From: Candidatus Rifleibacteriota bacterium
GTDB lineage: Bacteria > Muiribacteriota > Ozemobacteria > Ozemobacterales > Ozemobacteraceae
Assembly: GCA_051747585.1 (NCBI GenBank)
Contig: JBNJGH010000025.1
Coordinates: 1 to 38,346, forward strand
Direction of reading: 5' to 3'
DNA: 38,346 bases
Part shown: piece after piece, positions 8,777 through 15,920 of the stretch
How positions within the stretch are numbered: position 1 is the first letter of the stretch
Layout of the letters: every line of letters begins with the position of its first letter
Made by a program: the position numbers and the translations under genes
Notes under the pieces: model-generated
Seen by the model: only the letters and a program-made list of their open reading frames with translations
The model's database searches: none
What the model was told of the DNA's origin: nothing

Positions 8777-9469
8777 CTATTCATCCTTAATATTTTTATA
8801 CATGACACATTCCGGGTCATTTTCTCGACAATATGGATTGGTTTCATATTGGCAGGGAGCCCCCGCATTTTTAAACAAATTGGGCGCAACCCGGCGAACT
8901 TCTTTTAACATTTCCAGGGCCAGACCTCTAATTTCCCATTGTGCTTTAATGCAACATCGCTGCTCAAAAAAATTAAGTAAGCTACGCGCATTCATGGTAA
9001 AAACCATTTTGGTTTCGATGGCATTGGGAAATACATACCGGGCATCTTCTGGTGGAACTCCGGCCTCAACCATCTGCCTGTATGCGTTTAGTGTCTCTTC
9101 TACTGCCTTGTTATATATATCCAGGTTTTTCTCATTTTTTTTGATACTTTCAGGCATAATATAGGGCAGTTTTTCGACCTTCATATAGTTAACATAGCGT
9201 TGGCTTTCCTGTGAATACGAAGCCATACGATGTCTAACCAGCTGGTGCGACAGGGCTCTGGAAATACCATCAACACTGAAACTGAACTCTGCGTGCTCAA
9301 AAGGCGAAAGATGATTGCGTTTACGTAAGAAAGCAATCAAGCCAGCGACTTTTTCGTCACTGAGTTTTGTGTCAATTTCATCTGCCCGCAGACTTGAATA
9401 ACAGCGCCTTGCTGCCAGAGCAACCAGTCTGTCAGGATCTGGTGTGGTTCGCATTAGAACAATTTTCAA
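8777..9469 (-). CDS. thyX: FAD-dependent thymidylate synthase
   Basis: HLSPFEH, ThyX signature RHRMASYSQESQRY, EDARYVFP, MNARSL, AQWEIR. TTG start with a GAGG RBS. Confidence 0.97.
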   Translation of the reverse strand: MKIVLMRTTPDPDRLVALAARRCYSSLRADEIDTKLSDEKVAGLIAFLRKRNHLSPFEHAEFSFSVDGISRALSHQLVRHRMASYSQESQRYVNYMKVEKLPYIMPESIKKNEKNLDIYNKAVEETLNAYRQMVEAGVPPEDARYVFPNAIETKMVFTMNARSLLNFFEQRCCIKAQWEIRGLALEMLKEVRRVAPNLFKNAGAPCQYETNPYCRENDPECVMYKNIKDE

Positions 9470-9565
9470 AAGATTTTCCTCGCAGGTGTTTACAGTACAG
9501 ACAAAAACTGCTGTAAAAAACAGTGGTCTGAGTTAAACAGCAATCTTGTCTGAAAATATCTGATA

Positions 9566-9838
9566 TTACTTCTGAGTTTCAGCGGCAGGTTTATCAGCTT
9601 TTTTAGTTTTTTTTGCGCCTTTTTCTGCTGCTGCTTTTTTCTGCGCATTGAGTTTCTGCTTGAATTTTTCAACTCGACCCTGAGTATCTACGAATCTCTG
9701 GGTTCCAGTGAAAAATGGATGACATGCAGAACAAACATCAACTTTCATTTCTGCAGAAGTTGAAAGCGTTTCAAAAGAGTTACCACAAGCACAGGTAACC
9801 TTAATCAGATTGGTTTTTGGATGAGTCTTCTTCTTCAT
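9566..9838 (-). CDS. rpmE: 50S ribosomal protein L31 (Zn-binding type A)
   Basis: [27 protein letters not shown]. Confidence 0.97.
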   Translation of the reverse strand: MKKKTHPKTNLIKVTCACGNSFETLSTSAEMKVDVCSACHPFFTGTQRFVDTQGRVEKFKQKLNAQKKAAAEKGAKKTKKADKPAAETQK

Positions 9839-9857
9839 AGCTTATTCTCCGTTTAGC

Positions 9858-10226
9858 TTAAAATTCTTTAGATGCTTCTTCCAGACTGTCAAAGGTCTTG
9901 ATTATATGCTGCAACTGAATCAGCTGAAAGATACCATAAATGTAAGCATTCAGATTTATCAGAATCAGCTCTCCGCCGGCATCTCTAAGTTTTTTGAGAG
10001 TGCCGATGAAAAAACCCAGACCGGAAGAATCTATATAATTAGTTCTTTCAAGATCAAGAACAACTTTTACCTTTTTCTCGTCGATCAGTTTTTGAATCTG
10101 CTCCTTGGCTTTGGGCAAAGTCCACATATCCAGATCGCCAATAAGCGAAAGAACAATGTAACCTTTGGTTGCATCTTTTCTTTCGAAATTCAGTTTTTCC
10201 TTATCAGTTTTTGAAGTTTCGTTCAT
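9858..10226 (-). CDS. STAS domain anti-sigma factor antagonist (SpoIIAA/RsbV-like)
   Basis: GDLD, VVLDL, YIDSSGLG with the phosphorylatable Ser. ATG at 10226 follows GGAGG. Confidence 0.92.
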   Translation of the reverse strand: MNETSKTDKEKLNFERKDATKGYIVLSLIGDLDMWTLPKAKEQIQKLIDEKKVKVVLDLERTNYIDSSGLGFFIGTLKKLRDAGGELILINLNAYIYGIFQLIQLQHIIKTFDSLEEASKEF

Positions 10227-10255
10227 TTTATCCTCCACCTTCGTTAATGAGGCCT

Positions 10256-10534
10256 TTAACTATGCCTTGGGTGGCTATTTACAACGTCGATAGCCTTGTA
10301 AACCGCCATAATAATGTTAGCTTTTCCCTGGAATGAATCAAGGTCAACATTGGTCACTGCATCACCAATCTCGGTGACTACATACCGGGGCGGCAAAGAG
10401 TTCAGTGCAAGAGCAATAACATCCTTGCGGCATCGGTCACAGGTGCAGAATTCCTTATTTTTCTCGCTGACAACAGTCTCTACAGCCTGCTCAACCACGC
10501 CTTCCATCTTATTCACCAGAACCATTTTTTCCAT
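10256..10534 (-). CDS. ComFB family protein (late competence development / c-di-NMP receptor family)
   Basis: N.ME..V, CTCDRCRKDV.ALALN.LPPRY, C-terminal PRH. ATG at 10534 follows GAGG. Confidence 0.9.
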   Translation of the reverse strand: MEKMVLVNKMEGVVEQAVETVVSEKNKEFCTCDRCRKDVIALALNSLPPRYVVTEIGDAVTNVDLDSFQGKANIIMAVYKAIDVVNSHPRHS

Positions 10535-10565
10535 AATCAGCCTCACTCGATAACTGTTCGTTAAA

Positions 10566-11489
10566 TTAATCCAGCTTCGACCTTAAAGTCTTGGGATCTA
10601 TATTCAACAACCTTGCAGCTTTAAGCTTGTTACCACCGGTAAATTCAAGAACTTTTTTCACATACATCTTTTCCATTTCCTGAAGAGTCAGAATTTTTTC
10701 TTCATCATCAGCTTCACCGATAATTGGCGAGGGCTGCCTTATTTTTTCAGGAAAATCATCAGGTCCGATTTCTTCGCTACGCGAAAGAACAACTGCTCTT
10801 TCGATCACATTTCTCAGTTCTCTTACATTGCCCGGCCAGGAAAAACTCGTTAAAGCATGCATACCCGCCTTACTGATTTTCAAATCCGGTTTATTGTATT
10901 TAACCGAAAAATCTCCAAGAAAATAATCTACCAGGGCCGGCACGTCTTCCATGCGCTCTCTTAACGGAGGAATATGTATTTCGACCACATTCAGCCGGTA
11001 ATACAAATCCTCCCGAAACTTGCCACGCTTTATTTCATCAAGCAGATTTTTGTTGGTAGCTGCAATAATTCTTACATCAACCCTTATGGTTTCATTACCG
11101 CCAATACGCTCAAAAGCCTGCTCCTGCAAAACACGCAACAATTTGGTCTGAGTCATCAAAGACATGTCACCAATTTCATCGAGAAAAAGGGAACCCTTGT
11201 CTGCACGTTCGAAACAGCCTTCCTGGCGACTTATCGCCCCGGTGAAGGCTCCACGCTCATGCCCAAACATTTGACTTTCAAGGAGCTCTGATGGAATAGC
11301 CGCACAGTTTACTTTCAGAAACGACTTTCCATGCCTCGGGCTTTGTCGAACAATAGTATCAGCAACCATTTCTTTGCCGGTACCGCTTTCTCCGGTTATC
11401 AAAACGGTTACATCATTAACTGCCACCTTGCTGACAAGGTCAAGCACATCCTTTATAGCTTTACTGTTTCCAATTATCTGTGCTTTCAT
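10566..11489 (-). CDS. Sigma54-dependent enhancer-binding protein (AAA+ plus Fis-type HTH) lacking an N-terminal sensor domain
   Basis: Walker A GESGTGKE, GAFTGA, LFLDEIG, FREDLYYRLNV, WPGNVREL, NKLKAARLL HTH. The protein begins at the IIG.S segment. Confidence 0.95.
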   Translation of the reverse strand: MKAQIIGNSKAIKDVLDLVSKVAVNDVTVLITGESGTGKEMVADTIVRQSPRHGKSFLKVNCAAIPSELLESQMFGHERGAFTGAISRQEGCFERADKGSLFLDEIGDMSLMTQTKLLRVLQEQAFERIGGNETIRVDVRIIAATNKNLLDEIKRGKFREDLYYRLNVVEIHIPPLRERMEDVPALVDYFLGDFSVKYNKPDLKISKAGMHALTSFSWPGNVRELRNVIERAVVLSRSEEIGPDDFPEKIRQPSPIIGEADDEEKILTLQEMEKMYVKKVLEFTGGNKLKAARLLNIDPKTLRSKLD

Positions 11490-11555
11490 AGTCTTCCGGT
11501 TGGCAATTAATAACCCGGTCGAGAATTTTACCTCCCGACTAAAAGGCGTCTGAAA

Positions 11556-11584
11556 ATCCTAGCACAGCCCATGAATACTGTCAA
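11556..11584 (-). promoter_or_regulatory. Sigma70-type promoter for the activator-ComFB-STAS-rpmE-thyX-pheA operon
   Basis: Minus strand TTGACA-17 nt-TAGGAT with an extended -10 TG, about 66 bp upstream of the ATG. Confidence 0.75.
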
Positions 11585-11593
11585 GAAAAGTAA

Positions 11594-11793
11594 AGGGACC
11601 ATCTCTGACTTGAAGCCACAACAAAGCAACCCAGCTGTACCTTATTTTGTACTAAAATTCGTCCGTTGTCGGGGCTGTTATCGATTTCAGGATTGATGAA
11701 AAATCGACAGCGACGACGATGGCGGGCAGCAATTCTCAGTCAAATTTAGAAGTCTTTGTTAAAGCTAGTCCTAGCAAGTTTAGGACTTTTTTT
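11594..11793 (+). ncRNA. Candidate structured ncRNA (rod-shaped, 6S-like architecture)
   Basis: Nested pairings AGGGAC/GTCTTT, TGACT/AGTCA, GCTGT/GCAGC, CGTC/GGCG, CGTTGTC/GACGACG, GCTG/CAGC and TCGATTT/AAATCGA. G-U pairs work only on the + strand. A-rich bubble at 11612-11633. Followed by a terminator. Confidence 0.45.
11767..11793 (+). terminator. Intrinsic terminator with no upstream + strand CDS
   Basis: AGTCCTAG/TTAGGACT stem followed by a T7 run. Confidence 0.65.
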
Positions 11794-11887
11794 CAACATT
11801 TGGAGTTTTTTCAAGTATTTTCGTTACAAAAGTAAAAAAATCTTGATTAACCCTGCTTATTAATCGATGCGAAAGTGATATAAAACG

Positions 11888-12103
11888 CGTCATGCCTGCG
11901 CAAGCAGGCATCCAGGGTTAGAGCAGAAATACAGATTGAGTAACTACCTTTTTTAAGCACCCAGCTTATATTTGTTAATAACATAAACAACAATTATTCT
12001 GGATTCCTGATCCGGTTAAAACCGGTTCATTCTTCGCTGAAGCTTCGAATCACAGGCAGGAATGACGGGCCAATACGGTCATTTCGACTAACGCTCAATG
12101 ACC
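11888..12103. repeat. CGTC-type REP pair (REPIN-like) with nested small palindromes
   Basis: CGTCATGCCTGCGCAAGCAGGCATCCAG (11888-11915) and an inverted partner CTGGATTCCTG...CAGGAATGACG (11999-12067) interrupted by extra hairpins. A further GGTCATT..AATGACC hairpin at 12077-12103. Confidence 0.7.
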
Positions 12104-12125
12104 AACATACGATGACACTATTTAA

Positions 12126-12232
12126 AGGCTTGGGGTGAGGCAAAATATTCGACAACGATTACGATTACGATTACGAGCACGAGCACGAGCACGAGCACGA
12201 TTATAATTTCATGAGGCTTGGGGTGAGGCAAA
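12126..12232. repeat. Hexamer tandem repeat (ACGATT)3(ACGAGC)4(ACGATT) flanked by 19-bp perfect direct repeats
   Basis: AGGCTTGGGGTGAGGCAAA at 12126-12144 and 12214-12232. Hexamers at 12155-12202. Confidence 0.9.
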
Positions 12233-12370
12233 TTCTTTTCTGAAACAAGTTGATGGTCGCTGACCAAGAATTACCGTGAGGGGGCTTGAAAATAGTTAAA
12301 AAAAGAGAGAGAATAGTAATATCAATAAATTCTCCGTAGAGAGATGTGAATTTTTGGAGGACTTCTAATA

Positions 12371-12622
12371 ATGGCATTCAAAATCTTTGTAGGAAACCTT
12401 CCGTTTGCAGTTGACAACAGTCGTCTCGAACAAGAATTTGCCCGTTTCGGCCAGGTTGAAAGTGCAAAAGTCATAATGGATAGAAATTCAGGAAGATCAA
12501 GAGGTTATGGCTTCGTTGAGTTTGCAGAAAAAGAAAGCGCCGACGAAGCAATCGCAAAAATGAACGAACAGGAAATGGACGGAAGGAAACTAACGGTCAG
12601 CCTGGCAAAAACCCAGAGCTGA
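12371..12622 (+). CDS. RRM (RNP-1) RNA-binding protein
   Basis: RNP2 IFVGNL, RNP1 RGYGFVEF, RBS GGAGG. Possible TTGAAA-17-GAGAAT promoter at 12286-12314. Confidence 0.95.
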   Translation: MAFKIFVGNLPFAVDNSRLEQEFARFGQVESAKVIMDRNSGRSRGYGFVEFAEKESADEAIAKMNEQEMDGRKLTVSLAKTQS

Positions 12623-12667
12623 GTTTGCAAAAAAATCATTTTCTGATTTTGTCTGCCAGGTCAAAGC

Positions 12668-13411
12668 ATGAATAAAAATTTAAACGAGCAGATAAATTCT
12701 GAGCTGCTCTCAAAAATAAAAGTAGCGGCGAAAAAAAACATCGACAGTTATCTCGAGCGTGTCTTATCAGCCTCTGTAGAACAGGGCAATTTTGGCATGG
12801 ATCTTCTCGACGAGCTTCGCAACCAGTTGCCGGCTACCAGTTGCGATAACTGTGGCAGATGCTGTAATTCCATTTCTATTTTTTCTCTCGAATATCACAG
12901 AATTGTCCGAGATCTAATGACGAGGTGGCAGCCCGAACAGATACGAAAACTTTTTTTCTCTGCCATGCGCTTTGATCTAAGACAAGCTGAAGTTGGAAAA
13001 GAAAAAAGAATCAGGTGCTTGTTTCGTGACGAAGAAAGTAAACTTTGCCTCATTCACCCGGTCAGGCCATTTGCCTGCAGAATTTTCGGGCTTTTGAAAG
13101 AAGACGGCACCAGAGAATGCGAAAAGGTCAAAGATCTCAGACAACCGCCACAGGTAGTAACAACAGAGATGATTGCAAGCTTACAAAGCAAGATACTTGG
13201 AAACTCGGAAAGTTATGAGGTTTTTCCCAACACCGGCAAAATTCAATTTTTCCCTTTTGAATTCTGGGTTTATCGCTACATTTTTTCGCCTCAACGAGCA
13301 CTACAAATTTACCGGGAAATCCTCACCCCCATGTCAACTCCCTTAACTCGCCTCTGGCAAAACAAGCAAAAGCTACCTTCGATTTCAGAGGCAGATTACG
13401 AAAACCAATAA
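12668..13411 (+). CDS. YkgJ/UPF0153 family Cys-cluster (Zn/Fe-chelating) protein
   Basis: CDNCGRCC ... CLF ... CLIHPVRPFACR.FG. Confidence 0.85.
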   Translation: MNKNLNEQINSELLSKIKVAAKKNIDSYLERVLSASVEQGNFGMDLLDELRNQLPATSCDNCGRCCNSISIFSLEYHRIVRDLMTRWQPEQIRKLFFSAMRFDLRQAEVGKEKRIRCLFRDEESKLCLIHPVRPFACRIFGLLKEDGTRECEKVKDLRQPPQVVTTEMIASLQSKILGNSESYEVFPNTGKIQFFPFEFWVYRYIFSPQRALQIYREILTPMSTPLTRLWQNKQKLPSISEADYENQ

Positions 13412-13435
13412 AATTTCTAACCTGCGGAGAAAAAA

Positions 13436-13858
13436 ATGGCAAAACTACTCAGGGTTGTAGCCCGCGAACAATGTATTGGCTGTTATAGCTGTATGTATGC
13501 CTGCAGCCGCACCTGGTTCAAAGCTCTTACAGTTGAAAAAGCGGCTCTCAGAGTAAAAAATTATCCCGGCTCAGAAGGAGCTTTCTCAATACGACCATGC
13601 TATGGCTGCCTCGACCCCGATTGCGCAAGGGCATGCCCTACCGACGCGCTTACCCCAAAAAATGGCGGCGGTGTAGAATTTAACAGCGAAAAATGCATCA
13701 ACTGCAAAAAATGCGTTTCTGCATGTATTGCAAATGCCCTGCAATGGGATCACGAGACCTCTATGCCGATTGTTTGTCATCAATGTGGAGTATGCACCAG
13801 ATTTTGTCCAAATGACGTTATTAAGATGATTGACATAAAGCCCCGGGAAGAAGGTTGA
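13436..13858 (+). CDS. 4Fe-4S dicluster ferredoxin-like subunit (AOR electron-transfer partner)
   Basis: CIGCYSCMYAC, CYGC.DPDCARACP, CINCKKCVSAC, CHQCGVCTRFCP. Confidence 0.92.
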   Translation: MAKLLRVVAREQCIGCYSCMYACSRTWFKALTVEKAALRVKNYPGSEGAFSIRPCYGCLDPDCARACPTDALTPKNGGGVEFNSEKCINCKKCVSACIANALQWDHETSMPIVCHQCGVCTRFCPNDVIKMIDIKPREEG

Positions 13859-15615
13859 AAATGAATAATTACTACATGCTCGATATAAACCTCGACACTG
13901 GAAGTGCAGAAAAAAAAGATGTTACCGACCTTTTTAACGAATACATAGGCGGCACTGGTGTTGCCACGGCTCTTTTTTCCAAGATCGATGCCAAACTCGA
14001 GGCTTTTGCCGGGGAATCTCCGGTCATCTTTGCCATGGGCCCGTTCAGTTCTGTTTTTCCGGTAGCGACAAAAACTGTTGCCATGTTCAAGTCTCCCTTA
14101 ACCGGCGAGCCGGGCGAATCTCATGCAGGAGGACGGCTGGCGCTGTCAATGTATGGCGCAGGCTTTCATGTAATTAGAATAACCGGCAAGGCCTCTTACC
14201 CATGTTGCCTGGAAATAGAAGGTGATGATTTCAAAATTCATAGAGCCAGCTCTTTAAAAGGCATGTCGGCTCTCGCTACTGAAAGAGTTTTAAGAGACCA
14301 CTATAAGTCAGACTATAAGCGTTCGATTATAAGAACCGGCCCGGCCGGTGAAAGAATGTCACCAATAGCCTGTGTAACTGTAGATGCTGCAAGGCATTTC
14401 GGACGTCTGGGTCTGGGTGGTGTTCTCGGCTCCAAAAATATTAAAGCAATCGTCATTTCAGGCGGAAAATACTGGAAAATAGAAAAACCCGGCCCATTTA
14501 ACAGCTATTATTCAAAGCTTTACCAGGCAGTGGTCAATTCTGATCAGATGAAAAAATACCACGATCTGGGAACTCCGGTAAATGTAATTCCCCTGAGCAA
14601 AATAAATGGCCTGCCAACCCGAAATTTCTCGCAGGGTTATTTCGAAAGTGCCGAAAAAATAGGCGGCGAAGCATTCGCCGAAAAACATCTGGCACAGCAG
14701 ATCGCCTGCGCCCACTGCCAATGTGGCTGCATTCACATGGCAACTCTACGCGAAAGCTTTAAAAGCGATGAGCACATGTACAAAACCTTTAAGGTTTCTT
14801 ACGATCATGAACTTATTTTTGCCTGGGGTTCAAACCTTTCTATAAGTTCAACTGAAGATATCCTGCGCCTTCTTCTTTATGTAGAAAAACAGGGCTGGGA
14901 TGCGATAAGCATGGGCGTAATAATTGCCTGGGCAGTTGAAGCCTTTCAAAAAGGAATAATCACAACCGATCACACTGATGGCCTCATACTTAATTTTGGC
15001 GATGCAGAAACTTACCAGAAGCTTATGCAAAGAATAAGCAGTAAACACAATGAGTTCTTCAGTGATCTGGAAAAGGGTTCTGTCTGGTGCAGTAATAAAT
15101 ATGGCGGAAAAGATTTTGCCATAGCATTCGGTAAAAACGAAGCTCCGGGCTATATGACCGGTATTCATTCGTATCTTGGCTATGCAACCGGAGTCAGGCA
15201 CTCTCATCTCGACAGCGCCGGGTATTCGATTGATCAGCAGAAAATTAACAGCGACAAGACCGACAGCGAATGGACAAAAAAGCTATACGAAGAGTCTGTC
15301 TGGCGGATGATTTGCAACTCTCTGGTTATATGCCTGTTTGCCCGTAAAATATATGATACGGAAACTATTCTCGAAGGATTGCACCTTCTGGGTATGGATC
15401 ATTTCGACGAAGAATTGCTGTTGAAAACAGCTAAAAAAATCCATTCAATGAAAATCAGACTTAAACAGAAATCCGGATTCGATTTTGATAAGCTTTATTT
15501 TCCCGAGCGCCTCGAAAAAGCAATTACCAGCTGCGGGAAAGTTACCGGCAAACAGTTTAAAGAGCAGGTCGAAGTTTATAAAAACCTGGTCGAAGAAGAT
15601 ATGAAGCTACTTTAG
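13855..15615 (+). CDS. aor: Aldehyde:ferredoxin oxidoreductase family (tungstopterin) catalytic subunit
   Basis: YIGGTG, KSPLTG..GES.AGG, GPAGE, GRLGLGGVLGSKNIKAI, LPTRNF, CAHCQCGC, G.DAIS.G, SLVICLF. Start may be the ATG at 13861. Confidence 0.92.
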   Translation: MKMNNYYMLDINLDTGSAEKKDVTDLFNEYIGGTGVATALFSKIDAKLEAFAGESPVIFAMGPFSSVFPVATKTVAMFKSPLTGEPGESHAGGRLALSMYGAGFHVIRITGKASYPCCLEIEGDDFKIHRASSLKGMSALATERVLRDHYKSDYKRSIIRTGPAGERMSPIACVTVDAARHFGRLGLGGVLGSKNIKAIVISGGKYWKIEKPGPFNSYYSKLYQAVVNSDQMKKYHDLGTPVNVIPLSKINGLPTRNFSQGYFESAEKIGGEAFAEKHLAQQIACAHCQCGCIHMATLRESFKSDEHMYKTFKVSYDHELIFAWGSNLSISSTEDILRLLLYVEKQGWDAISMGVIIAWAVEAFQKGIITTDHTDGLILNFGDAETYQKLMQRISSKHNEFFSDLEKGSVWCSNKYGGKDFAIAFGKNEAPGYMTGIHSYLGYATGVRHSHLDSAGYSIDQQKINSDKTDSEWTKKLYEESVWRMICNSLVICLFARKIYDTETILEGLHLLGMDHFDEELLLKTAKKIHSMKIRLKQKSGFDFDKLYFPERLEKAITSCGKVTGKQFKEQVEVYKNLVEEDMKLL

Positions 15616-15678
15616 GCTCAAAAAACTATGTTAGAAAAAACGTTTGAAACAAGCAGTTTTAATTACAAATTGAATGTT

Positions 15679-15893
15679 AACCACAAAGCTCACAGAGAGC
15701 CCGGAGGAATCTTTTTCAGCAATGGATTGTCCTGTTGGACAATCAGCCGGCGGTTTCACCGTCCGGTTTTCACAATATCAATTCAACTTCAAGAAAAGCA
15801 TTAATGTTTTTCCTGAGGTTGAATTGATATTGTGAACATAGGCTGAAAAAGATTTAAAAAATCGGCTCAGTGATCTCGGTGATCTCTGTGGTT
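15679..15893. mobile_element. Multi-hairpin MITE-like element with CAC(A/C)GAG 9-mer termini
   Basis: Inverted termini AACCACAAAGCTCACAGAG / CTCGGTGATCTCTGTGGTT. Inner AATCTTTTTCAGC/GCTGAAAAAGATT pair. Hairpins at 15725-15744 and 15745-15768, and a near-perfect 68-bp palindrome at 15769-15836. Confidence 0.65.
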
Positions 15894-15920
15894 TAATAAA
15901 AAGTTGGCCGGATATTAACA

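Noticed and set aside
10566..11489. Pseudogene (truncated NtrC-type regulator)
   Set aside because: An ATG sits right at the AAA+ boundary with a good promoter 66 bp upstream, all catalytic motifs are intact, and I saw no receiver-domain remnant upstream.
11594..11760. Cobalamin riboswitch, SRP RNA, tmRNA or RNase P RNA
   Set aside because: I could not find their hallmark sequences (B12 box, SRP GGAA-loop domain, tRNA-like ends, GAGGAAAGUCC). Kept only as a generic or 6S-like candidate.
12126..12232. Mini CRISPR array (two 19-bp direct repeats)
   Set aside because: Only two repeats, shorter than typical CRISPR repeats. The 69-bp spacer is itself a microsatellite, and no cas genes are present.
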